Virus record (IMG/VR): IMGVR_UViG_3300048576_000483
Coordinates: 1-35,848 of that record
DNA from: a virus
Taxonomy: Duplodnaviria > Caudoviricetes
DNA length: 35,848 nucleotides
Direction: 5' to 3' (one strand)
In this document: one piece after another, positions 8,534 through 17,965 of the stretch
Numbering within the stretch: the stretch's first letter is position 1
Layout: each line of letters begins with the position of its first letter
The notes under the pieces: model-generated
Databases searched by the model: none
What the model saw: only the letters and a program-made list of their open reading frames with translations
What the model was told of the DNA's origin: nothing
Translations under genes and position numbers: made by a program

Positions 8534-10479
8534 TGCTCTGCCAGAACCCGCCACAGCCGGAGCCCGGCGCTCTCGTGCTGCGCGTGCCGGCCGACATGGC
8601 GCCCCCCGGCCTGCCGGAGCGCTGCGAGGTTCGGCTCTATCCCGGCGAGCGCAAGGTCTGGCGCAGCCGCCGCGGCCAGCGCTGCTCGCAATGGGCCGAG
8701 GCCAACCGCGTGGTCACCATGACCAGCCGGCCCGGCCAGTGGCGCAACGACACCACGCCCTATCTCGCCGGCATCATGGACGCCTCCTGGTCCCCGTCCG
8801 TGCGCGTGGTCATCTGCTGCAAGACTCCGCAGGTCGGCATGAGCGAGGCGGTCAACAACTGCGTCGGCTACGCCATCGACTGCGACCCCGCGCCCGTGCT
8901 CTATGTCTACCCGGACGAGATCACGGCGCGCCACAACTCGGATGCGCGCATCCAGCAAATGATCAACGACACGCCGCGCCTCGCCGGCTACAAGACCGGG
9001 TACCAGGACGACATGGCCACGCTGGAGATCAAGCTCCAGCACATGGCCTTGTACCTGGCCTGGGCCAGCTCCGCCGCGGGCCTGGCCAACAAGCCCATCA
9101 AGTATCTCGTGCTCGACGAGGTCGACAAGTACCCGCCCGCCGGCAAGCGCGAGGCCGACCCGATCTCCCTGGCCGAGCAGCGCCTCACGACATACGAGGA
9201 CGACTCGAAAGAGTGGAAGATCAGCACGCCCACGGTGGAGGCCGGCGCCATCTGGCAGGCGCTCAAGACCGAGGCGCAGGAGATCTACCACTACTGGGTG
9301 CGCTGTCCGCTTTGCGGCTGCTGGCAGCTCATGCGCTTCGGCGAGAGAGACGCTGAGGATCGCAAGCCCGGCGGAATCCGCTTCCCCGCGGACGAGCGCA
9401 ATCCGGAGACCATCGAGGCCCAGCGCCTAGCCTGGTACGAGTGCGAGCACTGCCAGGGCCAGTGGACCGACGCCCTGCGCAACAAGGCCGTGCGCCTGGG
9501 CGAGTGGCGTGACGAGGAGGGCTGCGAACTCATGGCCAGCCTCCGGACCAAGCGGCCCACCAAGATCGGGTTCCATATCCCGGCCTGGATTTCGCCTTTC
9601 GTCTCGCTGTCCAAATGCGCGGGTGAGTTCCTGCGCGGGCTCAAGGACAAGGTCAAGATGCGGGCATTCCAGAACGGCATCAAGGCCGAACCCTGGCGCG
9701 ACTACAAAGTGGAGCGCAGCCACGACCGCATCCTGGCCCTGCGCGACGAGCGGCCCGAGGGCACCGTGCCCGGCGGCGGCGTGGTGGCCGGCATCGTGGC
9801 CGGGGTGGACACCCAGGACAACGGCTTCCCCTATGAAATTCGCGCATTCGGCTATGGACTTGCGCAAGCCTCCTGGCAGGTGCGCGCCGGCTTCGTCACC
9901 ACTCTGGAGGCCCTGCACGATGTGCTTTTCGAGGAGCCGATCTACGACGCCGAGGGCAACCAATATTTCGTGGAGCTGGCCCTCATCGACTCGCAGGGGC
10001 ACCGCACCAGCGAGATCTATGATTGGGCGCGTCTGCATCGCGGCAGGGTCTATGCGTTCAAGGGCGAGCAACGCATGCGCCAGCCCTTCGATTTCAGTAG
10101 GATCGAATACTATCCCACGCGCAAAGGAGACAAGAAGGCCATCCCCGGCGGCCTTGTGTTGCTGCGCGCGGACGTGAACCTGCACAAGGACCGGCTTTCG
10201 ACCCTGCTGGAGGTCAACCCGGCGGACCCGGGGGCCTGGCGTATGAACGCCGCCTGCACCGAGGCCTGGGCGCGGCAGATGACGGTCGAATATATCGGCG
10301 ACGACGGCATGTGGCATTGCCCGGAGCATGCCGCAAACCATGCCTGGGACTGCTCGAATTATGCGCTCATTGCGGCCGAGGTCCGGCGGCTCAAGTTCCG
10401 GCCACGGCCGGAGGAGCAGACGCAACAGCATAAGAAGACCACGCCACAGAAACCACAGAGAGGGAGCACGAGATGGTAG
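8533..10479 (+). CDS. Terminase large subunit, lambda GpA family
   Basis: SQWAEANR...PGQWRNDTTPY, KTPQVGMSE, LVLDEVDKYP, ISTPT, CPLCG/CEHC, AGVDTQD, IDSQG, NHAWDC. Confidence 0.95.
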   Translation: MLCQNPPQPEPGALVLRVPADMAPPGLPERCEVRLYPGERKVWRSRRGQRCSQWAEANRVVTMTSRPGQWRNDTTPYLAGIMDASWSPSVRVVICCKTPQVGMSEAVNNCVGYAIDCDPAPVLYVYPDEITARHNSDARIQQMINDTPRLAGYKTGYQDDMATLEIKLQHMALYLAWASSAAGLANKPIKYLVLDEVDKYPPAGKREADPISLAEQRLTTYEDDSKEWKISTPTVEAGAIWQALKTEAQEIYHYWVRCPLCGCWQLMRFGERDAEDRKPGGIRFPADERNPETIEAQRLAWYECEHCQGQWTDALRNKAVRLGEWRDEEGCELMASLRTKRPTKIGFHIPAWISPFVSLSKCAGEFLRGLKDKVKMRAFQNGIKAEPWRDYKVERSHDRILALRDERPEGTVPGGGVVAGIVAGVDTQDNGFPYEIRAFGYGLAQASWQVRAGFVTTLEALHDVLFEEPIYDAEGNQYFVELALIDSQGHRTSEIYDWARLHRGRVYAFKGEQRMRQPFDFSRIEYYPTRKGDKKAIPGGLVLLRADVNLHKDRLSTLLEVNPADPGAWRMNAACTEAWARQMTVEYIGDDGMWHCPEHAANHAWDCSNYALIAAEVRRLKFRPRPEEQTQQHKKTTPQKPQRGSTRW

Positions 10480-10697
10480 CCGAAGCCAAGAGCACCGCGC
10501 TCGTCGGGATGACCGAGATCAGCGCCTACTTGCGCCGCAGCGACAAGACGACTCTGGACCTCATCCGCGGCGAGGGGCTGCCGGCGCGCAAGGTTGGCGG
10601 CATCTGGGAAAGCGACACGCTGCTCATCGACGATTGGCGGCGGAAGCGGATCGTCATGGGCGAGCGGGATGAGGATCGCCGTGAGCGTGCAAGGTAA
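10473..10697 (+). CDS. Small HTH DNA-binding protein (excisionase/MerR-like), possible late regulator
   Basis: GMTEISAYLRRSDKTTLDLIRGEGLPARKVGGIW winged-HTH pattern. Confidence 0.7.
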   Translation: MVAEAKSTALVGMTEISAYLRRSDKTTLDLIRGEGLPARKVGGIWESDTLLIDDWRRKRIVMGERDEDRRERAR

Positions 10698-10826
10698 GGT
10701 CAAGCGGAAAAAATTATCTTGGGCCGGGAATGTTGCCTCCCTGGCCCGTAAATATCCGTAAATCCCAGAACGGCCCAAAAGCGGCCTTACGCTGGCCTCC
10801 GTTAGCATCAGAGCATCGGAGGCGCG

Positions 10827-11054
10827 ATGGCAGGCTTCAGCACATGGACGGCTTTGAAGGCGCAGCTCTTGGATGATTTCGCCAAGAACGTGCACTCGCG
10901 CAAGTCGTACCAATGCGGCGAAACCATCATCACGTTCCGCGATTTCGCTGAATTCAAGGACATGCTCCAGTTCGTGGAGCGCCGCGCCGCAGCCGAAAGC
11001 TCGCGGCCGACTCCCCGCCGCACCTATGCGGGCCAGGGAGGCGGCAAATGCTGA
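10827..11054 (+). CDS. gpW-like head completion protein
   Basis: 75 aa between terminase and portal; KSYQCGETIITFRD hairpin pattern; GGAGG RBS. Confidence 0.6.
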   Translation: MAGFSTWTALKAQLLDDFAKNVHSRKSYQCGETIITFRDFAEFKDMLQFVERRAAAESSRPTPRRTYAGQGGGKC

Positions 11055-12610
11055 CTCCACGCCGTCCCCGCCACATAGCCAGGTCAAATATGCAGCCCGT
11101 GCGGCGCACCGACATGAAGCAGGAGCGCCTGCGCTATGCCGCGGCGCAGATGGGCCGTCTCGTGGGCGACTGGTTCCCTGTTGGTGTGGACGTCAACGCG
11201 CTGGTTTCCCGCGCCTCCCCGCTCGTGCGCGAGCGCACCCGCCAGCTCGTTCGCGATTTCCCGGCTTTCGCCCGCGCGACAAACTCCCTGGCTACCTATG
11301 TGGTGGGCGGCGGCATCCGTTTCCAGTCGCGCGCACTCACCCCGCAAGGCGAGGTGGCCAAGAAGACGCGTCAGTCCATCGAGGACATGTGGCGCCGCTG
11401 GATGGACGAGGCGGACGTTTCCGGCTCCGTCGCCTACAGCCCGCACTTCTATGAGCTGATGAGCCTGGCCAAGCGTCAGGACGTAGAGCAGGGCGAAATC
11501 TTCGCGGTATTTCAGCCGCACCATGCCGGCCGCAAAACTTACCTCGACATGGGCGTGGCCCTCTATGAGTCCGAACGTCTGGCCGGCCTGAACGCCAAAG
11601 CCGAGGGCGGAAACAAGATTCATGATGGCGTCGAGTACGACGCCATCACCGGCAGTCCGGTCGCCTTCCACTTTATCGAGGACACGCTGATCTACAGGAC
11701 GGTGCGGGTCCCGGCAGAAAACGTCATTTTCGGACTTGACCGCCGCCGCCCGGGCCAACTGCGCGGCATAACGCCGTTCGCGCCCGCGCTTATGCTCGCT
11801 CGTGATTTGGCCATGACCATGGATGCGGAAATTGACGCGGCCAAACTGGCCAGCAAGTGGCTGGCCGTGGTCAAAACCCAGGACTCCGAAGCGTTTCAGA
11901 ATGGTCGCGCCGTAGAGAAAAACGGCAAGCCCATTGAATACCTGGAAAACGCAATCATTGAATACCTTGAGCCCGGCGAGGACATCGAGATCCAGAGCCA
12001 CCAGCGCGGCGGCGAAAGCTTCCAGGGCTTCTGCCGCTTCGTGCTGCGGCTCATCGCCATCACCGCAGACCTGCCCTATGAGATCCTGTCCGGCGACTAT
12101 ACCGGCATGAACTACACCACGCTGCGCGTCGGCCGCAACGACTTCAGCCAGCAGATCGCACCCATCCAGGACCGCCATGTCCGCCATTTTTGCCAGCCGA
12201 TCTTCCGCCGGGTGCTTGAGCGCGCCGTGCTGCAGGGCCGGGTGGATTTGCCAGGCTACTGGAACGATCCCTGGAGCTATCAGCGGGGCGTCTGGATCAG
12301 CCCGGGAATGAAGGAGGTCGATCCCCTGCGCGAGGTCAAGGCCGCCATCGAAAAGATCAAGGGGGGCCTTGGCTCGCCCCAGAAATACATCATGTCCCTG
12401 GGCGACGACCCGGACGAGGTCCTCTCCGACCTCAAGGCCTGGCGCGCGGCCTGCGCCGAAATGGGGCTGGACTTCGACGCAATGATGGGGGCTGCCTCCA
12501 CAGCCAACGCCAACAACCCCGCCGCGCTGTCGCCCGACGACGAATCGCCCCTGGACGGCGAGGCCGACACCGATCTCGACGCGCTGAATCAGGAGGAAAA
12601 GAAGCAATGA
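11048..12610 (+). CDS. Portal protein, lambda family
   Basis: RERTRQLVRD, DGVEYD, RPGQLRGITPFAP, LPYEILSGDYTGMNYTTLR, VDPLREVKA; exact start uncertain. Confidence 0.95.
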   Translation: MLTPRRPRHIARSNMQPVRRTDMKQERLRYAAAQMGRLVGDWFPVGVDVNALVSRASPLVRERTRQLVRDFPAFARATNSLATYVVGGGIRFQSRALTPQGEVAKKTRQSIEDMWRRWMDEADVSGSVAYSPHFYELMSLAKRQDVEQGEIFAVFQPHHAGRKTYLDMGVALYESERLAGLNAKAEGGNKIHDGVEYDAITGSPVAFHFIEDTLIYRTVRVPAENVIFGLDRRRPGQLRGITPFAPALMLARDLAMTMDAEIDAAKLASKWLAVVKTQDSEAFQNGRAVEKNGKPIEYLENAIIEYLEPGEDIEIQSHQRGGESFQGFCRFVLRLIAITADLPYEILSGDYTGMNYTTLRVGRNDFSQQIAPIQDRHVRHFCQPIFRRVLERAVLQGRVDLPGYWNDPWSYQRGVWISPGMKEVDPLREVKAAIEKIKGGLGSPQKYIMSLGDDPDEVLSDLKAWRAACAEMGLDFDAMMGAASTANANNPAALSPDDESPLDGEADTDLDALNQEEKKQ

Positions 12611-14646
12611 AGAAGCGCCAGAACGGCAAGCAGAAGCTGGGAACCCGCTCCCTGCGCCTGCGCATGGACGCCGGCGGCAAGCCCGCAAGCCTGGATGAGG
12701 CCACGCGCAGCGTGGAGATCACCTGCGCCACCGAGACCGACACGGTCATGGTCTACGACTGGGAGCTCGGCCGTGTGCCGGAAATTCTGCTCATGTCCGG
12801 CTATCGGCCCACGGATCAGGTGCCACTGCTCGACACCCACAGCCGCGAGGGTGTGGCCAACGTTTTGGGCTCGGTGCGCGAGCTCCGCGTCGAGTCCGAT
12901 GAACTGATCGGGCGCGCCTACTATTCCAGCGTCCAGGCGGCGGACGACGCCTTCACCAAAACCCGTGAGAACCACCTCACGGATTATTCCGCCTGTTACC
13001 GGCCCATCAGCACCACCGTCATCGCCGAGAGCGAGACCGTCAGCATCGGCGGCCGCTCCTTCACCGGGCCGTGCCTGGTGATCACGGACTGGGAGCTCAA
13101 GGAAGTGTCGACCTGCCCAATCGGGGCGGACAACCGGGCCAAGGCCAGGGCCTTGGAGACCACCAACGAGGAGGATGAAGAGATGAACGAGTTTCTGCGC
13201 AAGATGCGCGTTAAGCTGGCCCTGGCCGAGGACGCCACTGAGGACCAGATTCGCGCCGCCATCGAGAAAGCGGCCGAGGATTCCAAGCGCACTTCCGCGC
13301 CGCCCGCCGCTCCGGCCGTGGCCAAGCCCGCCGATCCCAAGCCCGCGCCGGACCCCATCGATCTGGAGGAGGCCGCCCGCAAGGCCGTGGCCGACGATCG
13401 CGTGCGCAGCTCCGAAATCACGATGCTCTGCGAGGCGCACGGCTGCCGTGAGCTGGCCAATGAGATGATCCGCAACGGCGTCAGCGTCGCGGAGGCTCAG
13501 CGCAAGGTGCTGGACGTCTTGACCTCGCGCGGGACCGCGGGCCCGAGCGCCCGCCTTGAGTACGGCGCGGACGAACGCGACAAGTTCCGCGCCGCGGCCA
13601 CCGATGGGCTGGGCCTGCGCGTGGGCCAGAAGCTGGACAAGCCGGCTGAGGGCGCGGTCGCGCTGGTTTCTTATTCCCTGCGCGAGCTGGCCCGCGAGTG
13701 CCTGGTGCGCGCCAACCAGAGCGCTCCCAACGACATCCGCGACATGGTCCAGCGCGCGCTGACCACCAGCGACCTGCCGAACATCCTCAGCAACGTGGCC
13801 AACAAAAGCCTGCTGGCCAGCTTCGAATCGCAGCCCGAGACCTATATGGACTGGGCCGATGACACCGGCTCGCTCTCGGACTTCAAGCTGGCCGACCTGG
13901 TGCGCCGCGGCGAGACCAGCGACCTCGAGGAGGTCAAGGAGGACGGCGAGTTCAAGTACGGCAAGACCAGCGACACCAAGGAGCAGGCCCGCCTGCTGAC
14001 CTTCGGCAAGATCATCCCCATCACCCGCCAGGCCATCATCAATGACGACACCAACTCCCTTTCCACCATCCCGGCCGACATGGGCGAGTCCGTGGCCCGC
14101 CTGCTCGGCGACCTGGTCTACGGCGTGCTCATCGCCAACGCCAACATGGCCGACGGCAAAGCCCTGTTCCACACCAGCCACAAGAACCTCGCCAGCCAGG
14201 GCGCGGCCGTCAGCGTGGCGAGCCTGAACGAGGCCGAGCTGGCCATGGGCCTGCAGAAGGATCTGCTGGGCAAGCGCAGCCTGAACATCCCGCCGAAGTT
14301 CTTCATCGCCCCGCTGAGCCTCAAGGGACTGGCCGAACAGTTCTTCACCACGCAGCTCATCGGCGGCGCCGAAAACCAGCCCAACAAGAACAACCCCTGG
14401 TTCGGTCCCAAGCTCACCCGCATCTACGACACCCGGCTCGACGCCGACGACACGGCCGCCTGGTACATGGCCGCCATGAAGGGCCGGACCATCCGGCTGT
14501 TCTTCCTGAACGGGCAGAAGACCCCCTACATGGAACAGCGCGTCGGCTTCGACGTCGACGGCATCCAGATCAAGGTGCGCATGGACGCCGCGGCCAAGGC
14601 CATCGCCTGGACCGGGCTCTACAAGAACCCCGGCGCGTCGGCCTAG
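12607..14646 (+). CDS. Prohead protease - scaffold - major capsid fusion
   Basis: N-terminal PLLDTH...WELKEVSTCPIGAD protease; Pro/Ala linker; capsid region TTSDLPNILSNVANKSL, GEFKYG, TFGKIIPITRQAIINDD, GLYKNPG. Confidence 0.92.
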   Translation: MKKRQNGKQKLGTRSLRLRMDAGGKPASLDEATRSVEITCATETDTVMVYDWELGRVPEILLMSGYRPTDQVPLLDTHSREGVANVLGSVRELRVESDELIGRAYYSSVQAADDAFTKTRENHLTDYSACYRPISTTVIAESETVSIGGRSFTGPCLVITDWELKEVSTCPIGADNRAKARALETTNEEDEEMNEFLRKMRVKLALAEDATEDQIRAAIEKAAEDSKRTSAPPAAPAVAKPADPKPAPDPIDLEEAARKAVADDRVRSSEITMLCEAHGCRELANEMIRNGVSVAEAQRKVLDVLTSRGTAGPSARLEYGADERDKFRAAATDGLGLRVGQKLDKPAEGAVALVSYSLRELARECLVRANQSAPNDIRDMVQRALTTSDLPNILSNVANKSLLASFESQPETYMDWADDTGSLSDFKLADLVRRGETSDLEEVKEDGEFKYGKTSDTKEQARLLTFGKIIPITRQAIINDDTNSLSTIPADMGESVARLLGDLVYGVLIANANMADGKALFHTSHKNLASQGAAVSVASLNEAELAMGLQKDLLGKRSLNIPPKFFIAPLSLKGLAEQFFTTQLIGGAENQPNKNNPWFGPKLTRIYDTRLDADDTAAWYMAAMKGRTIRLFFLNGQKTPYMEQRVGFDVDGIQIKVRMDAAAKAIAWTGLYKNPGASA

Positions 14647-14693
14647 TCGCATCGGCCTAATCGCGTAGCGAAAGCAAAGACAAGGAGAACGAC

Positions 14694-15065
14694 ATGGCGA
14701 CCAACTTCATCCAGAAAGGCGACCGCATGGACTACACCAACGGCGGCGCGTCGACCATCACCTCCGGCTCGCCCGTGCTGGTCTCGAAGACCCTGGGCGT
14801 CGCGGTCAAGGACATTCCCGCCGGCCAGTCCGAAGCCCTGCACATCGAGGGCGTTTTTGAGATCCGGAAGGCGCACGAGGCCATCAGCCAGGGCGACAAT
14901 CTCTACTGGGACGCCGACGGCAACCCCGAGGGCGCTGCGGCCGGAAACGGCCTTTCCGGCACCGGCTGCCTCACGGCCACTCTCTCCGGCAACGTTTACG
15001 CCGGCAAGGCCTTCGCCGCGGCGGCCCTCACCGACGCCACCGTCCAGATCAAGCTCAACGTCTAG
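14694..15065 (+). CDS. Capsid cement/decoration protein (DUF2190-like)
   Basis: MATNFIQKGD, GVAVKDI, EGVFEIRK, QGDNLYWD, TVQIKLN; follows the capsid gene. Confidence 0.85.
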   Translation: MATNFIQKGDRMDYTNGGASTITSGSPVLVSKTLGVAVKDIPAGQSEALHIEGVFEIRKAHEAISQGDNLYWDADGNPEGAAAGNGLSGTGCLTATLSGNVYAGKAFAAAALTDATVQIKLNV

Positions 15066-15073
15066 GGGCTGTC

Positions 15074-15592
15074 ATGCAGCGGATGATCGGGAGACACTGC
15101 GCGCAGATTTGGGGCGAACTGCCCCGACCGGCGCACAAAGCACTGCTCTGCCTCGGCGCCGCTCCCTGCGGCGTCGAGCAGACGCAGGCCTTTCTCGCGC
15201 ATACCGCTGCGGACGTGGCCGCCTGCAATGACGCCATCGTCACCTACCCCGGCCCGCTTTTCGTGGCGGCCAGCCTGCATGTCAAATTGCTTTCCGGTTG
15301 GCTGAAAGACCGGACGGCGATGAATGGGCGGCCGTGCGTGGTCGGTTCGGACTTTGTCGCGGGCGTGGATGTGGTGGTCGGGTTCAACCGGGCCGTCGGA
15401 TCCAGCGGCATGTACCTCGCCCTTTTGGGCGGGCTCATGGGCTACGGCCGTATCGTGCTGGCCGGCATCCTGCTCGAGCGCGAGGGCGAGGAGCCCTACC
15501 GCAAGATCTGGCGCGCCGCCAAAGACGAAGGCGCCTTGAGACACGTGGAGAGCCTGTCCAGCGGTTGGCTGGGGGATCTCCTGCGGACATGA
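15074..15592 (+). CDS. Hypothetical protein with a Rossmann-like GSSG...GYGRIVLAG motif
   Basis: Motif resembles MAF/MptE-like and sialyltransferase-like folds; fills the gap in the operon. Confidence 0.55.
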   Translation: MQRMIGRHCAQIWGELPRPAHKALLCLGAAPCGVEQTQAFLAHTAADVAACNDAIVTYPGPLFVAASLHVKLLSGWLKDRTAMNGRPCVVGSDFVAGVDVVVGFNRAVGSSGMYLALLGGLMGYGRIVLAGILLEREGEEPYRKIWRAAKDEGALRHVESLSSGWLGDLLRT

Positions 15593-15681
15593 CGTTTCCG
15601 GGTTCACCTCCAGATCCCTCGCCGGCTCGGTAAAATCCTTCCGGGCCGGGCCGGCGGGGGCCAAAAGCAAGGATAAGGCCC

Positions 15682-16203
15682 ATGGTCGACATCCGCCAGA
15701 TTGACCCCGATGCGCCACGCTGGACGCGGCTGACGGCTCAGCTCCTCCTGGATGAGGGCCGCCGGCTCAAGATCTACGCCGACACGGCCAAGCCGCCCAA
15801 GCTCACCGGCGGCGTGGGCCACAATTTCAGCGACCGGCCGGTTCCCGGCATCAAGCCCTACGTCGGCATGGTCCTGACCAGCCGCCAAATCGACGACCTC
15901 TACTACATCGACCGCCGCGAGGCGATTTTCGGCGTCAGCACTCGCATCCCCTTCGCCATGGCCTTGGCCCCGGCGCGCTTCGACGCGCTGGCGAACATGG
16001 CCTACAACCTCGGCATCGGCGGCCTGCTCAAGTTCAAGCATCTGCTCGCGGCCATGGAGCGCGGCGACTGGCCCGGGGCCGTCCGCGAGCTCGACGACAG
16101 CATCTGGAGCCACCAGGTCGACGATGGCATCGGCGGCCGCATCGGCCGGGCCGACCGCATCGCGCAGCTCATCATCACCGGGTTGTACCCGGACGAACGC
16201 TAG
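15682..16203 (+). CDS. Endolysin, T4-lysozyme-like (GH24)
   Basis: DEGRRLKIYADT...LTGGVGHN catalytic E/D/T pattern; ALANMAYNLG; DSIWSHQV...RADRI. Confidence 0.9.
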   Translation: MVDIRQIDPDAPRWTRLTAQLLLDEGRRLKIYADTAKPPKLTGGVGHNFSDRPVPGIKPYVGMVLTSRQIDDLYYIDRREAIFGVSTRIPFAMALAPARFDALANMAYNLGIGGLLKFKHLLAAMERGDWPGAVRELDDSIWSHQVDDGIGGRIGRADRIAQLIITGLYPDER

Positions 16204-16212
16204 GAGGAACCC

Positions 16213-17109
16213 ATGGAGCCCAAGGACATCTACAAGTCCAAGACCGTGCTTGGCGTCGTGACGATGCTCATGACGCTGCTCTCGCTGATCTGCGGCATCA
16301 AGCCGGAGAGCCCGCAGTGGCAGGCCATCCTGCCCATCGTCCAGGGCGTGGTCGGCCTCGCCGGCGCCATCTGGGCCGTGTACGGCCGCGCCAGCATCCC
16401 AAACCAGGGCCTGCGCATCGGCCGCCTCGTGCTCCAGGATTTGCCCAGGCTCATCGACGTGGAGCAGTTCTGCGTCCGCTTGAAGGATGCCGGCGGCCAG
16501 CCCGTCAACATTCCTGCGGGCTCGCCTGCCGACGAACCGCAGCCCATCCAGCCCATCCCCGGCTCGGACAAGCCGGGCGGCTTCTGCCGGGCCGGCTTCC
16601 TCCTCGCGCTCTGCGGCCTTGGCCTCGCGGCCCTCGTGGCCTTCGGCCTGACCGGTTGCGCCTCCACGACCTCCGCGCCCAGCCTCCCGGCCTACGCGCC
16701 GCCGGCGCAGTGCACCGGGACATTCGACAACGCCACCGGCAAGTACACGGGCGGCGACAGCGAAATTCTCAAGGTCCTGCCCAACCCGACGGCCGTCGGC
16801 GTCGCGCTCCAGCTCGGCGACGTGGCCGCCATTCGCGGCGGGGCCTACAAGGCCGCGGACGCGCTGGTGGTCATCGACGAGATCGACGCCGCAGTGGCCG
16901 CCGCCACCGATTACGGGACGCTGGCCACCTACGTCTCGGGCAAGTTGGCCGACGCCAACGCCGCGGCCGGGACGGCCGTCTTCGTCAACAGCGGCCTGCT
17001 GGCGCAGTTCACCAGCCGGGCCGTTATCAGCGATTGCGACCGGGCGATCATCCTGCGCCATACCGCCGCGCAGCGCGCCGTCATCAAGGCCCTGGCCGGG
17101 GGCAAGTGA
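16213..17109 (+). CDS. Membrane protein with holin-like N-terminus and internal lipobox-bearing domain
   Basis: KDIYKSKTVLG-TM...TM-AVYGR, then a third hydrophobic stretch ending LTGC; AGGAGG RBS. Confidence 0.65.
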   Translation: MEPKDIYKSKTVLGVVTMLMTLLSLICGIKPESPQWQAILPIVQGVVGLAGAIWAVYGRASIPNQGLRIGRLVLQDLPRLIDVEQFCVRLKDAGGQPVNIPAGSPADEPQPIQPIPGSDKPGGFCRAGFLLALCGLGLAALVAFGLTGCASTTSAPSLPAYAPPAQCTGTFDNATGKYTGGDSEILKVLPNPTAVGVALQLGDVAAIRGGAYKAADALVVIDEIDAAVAAATDYGTLATYVSGKLADANAAAGTAVFVNSGLLAQFTSRAVISDCDRAIILRHTAAQRAVIKALAGGK

Positions 17110-17423
17110 TGCGCGCCCTGGCCGTCCTCCCGCTGCTCGCTCTGGCCGGCTGCGCCTATGGCGTGGCCGAGTACAGCGTGCGGCCCTACCTGGATGGCCA
17201 GGCCGCGCCGCATTGCTGCGAGGTCGTCGTGCGCAACGGCAAGGAGATCGGCGACCTGCAAGTCAGCTTCGCCCGGGCGGACAACGGCTCCTGCGCGCTG
17301 ATGCTTCGCGAGTCCGGCGTGCGGGCTTTCGACGGCCAGAAGGCCGCCACGGACGCCATGACGGCCACCATCGACGCCGCGGTCAAGGCCGCCGTCAAAG
17401 CCGCGCTGGCCGGAGGCCTGTGA
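17109..17423 (+). CDS. Lipoprotein, possible spanin component
   Basis: MRALAVLPLLALAGC lipobox; TGATG coupling at both ends. Confidence 0.7.
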   Translation: MRALAVLPLLALAGCAYGVAEYSVRPYLDGQAAPHCCEVVVRNGKEIGDLQVSFARADNGSCALMLRESGVRAFDGQKAATDAMTATIDAAVKAAVKAALAGGL

Positions 17424-17965
17424 TGTATCTCCCCGGCGACCTCATCCTCTGCCACGGCGGCGGCCTGCTCCAGCGCGGCATCCGCTGGGCCGAGCGTTCG
17501 CCGGGCGAGGCCGCGAGCTGGGCCAACCACGTCGCCGGCTTCACGTCGCCGGGCATGGTCACGGAGGCCCTGTACCGCGTGGTCTGCCGGCCCTTCGCCG
17601 ACTTCGCCGCGCAGGCCGCGGACTACCAGATCTGGCGCTGCGTGGGCCTCACCGAGACGCAGCGCGAAGCCGTGGCCGCCGTGGCCCTGGGCTACGTGGG
17701 CCGGGAGTACGGCTACTTCAAGATCCTGGCGCACCTGGGTGATGCGCTGCTTTCGCGCCTGGCCGGCCGCAACATCTTCATCACCCGCCGGCTGGCGCTG
17801 ATGGACCGCTATCCGATCTGCTCCTGGGTCTGGGCCCAGGCCTACCAGAAGGCCCTGGGCCTGACCTTCGGCGTGCCCGCGTCTGAGGCCGATCCCGACG
17901 ACATGCACGACTGCATTCGCACCTCGGCCGCCTGGATCATGGTGGCTGAACACAAGGGGGCATGA
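17423..17965 (+). CDS. Permuted papain-like NlpC/P60 (YiiX/YaeF-like) enzyme
   Basis: PGDLIL...NHVAG...YVGREYG...ICSWV with His before Cys. Confidence 0.75.
   Translation: MYLPGDLILCHGGGLLQRGIRWAERSPGEAASWANHVAGFTSPGMVTEALYRVVCRPFADFAAQAADYQIWRCVGLTETQREAVAAVALGYVGREYGYFKILAHLGDALLSRLAGRNIFITRRLALMDRYPICSWVWAQAYQKALGLTFGVPASEADPDDMHDCIRTSAAWIMVAEHKGA

Noticed and set aside
14694-15065. RecA/RadA-like recombinase label sometimes attached to this family
   Set aside because: No P-loop; size and position indicate a capsid cement protein.
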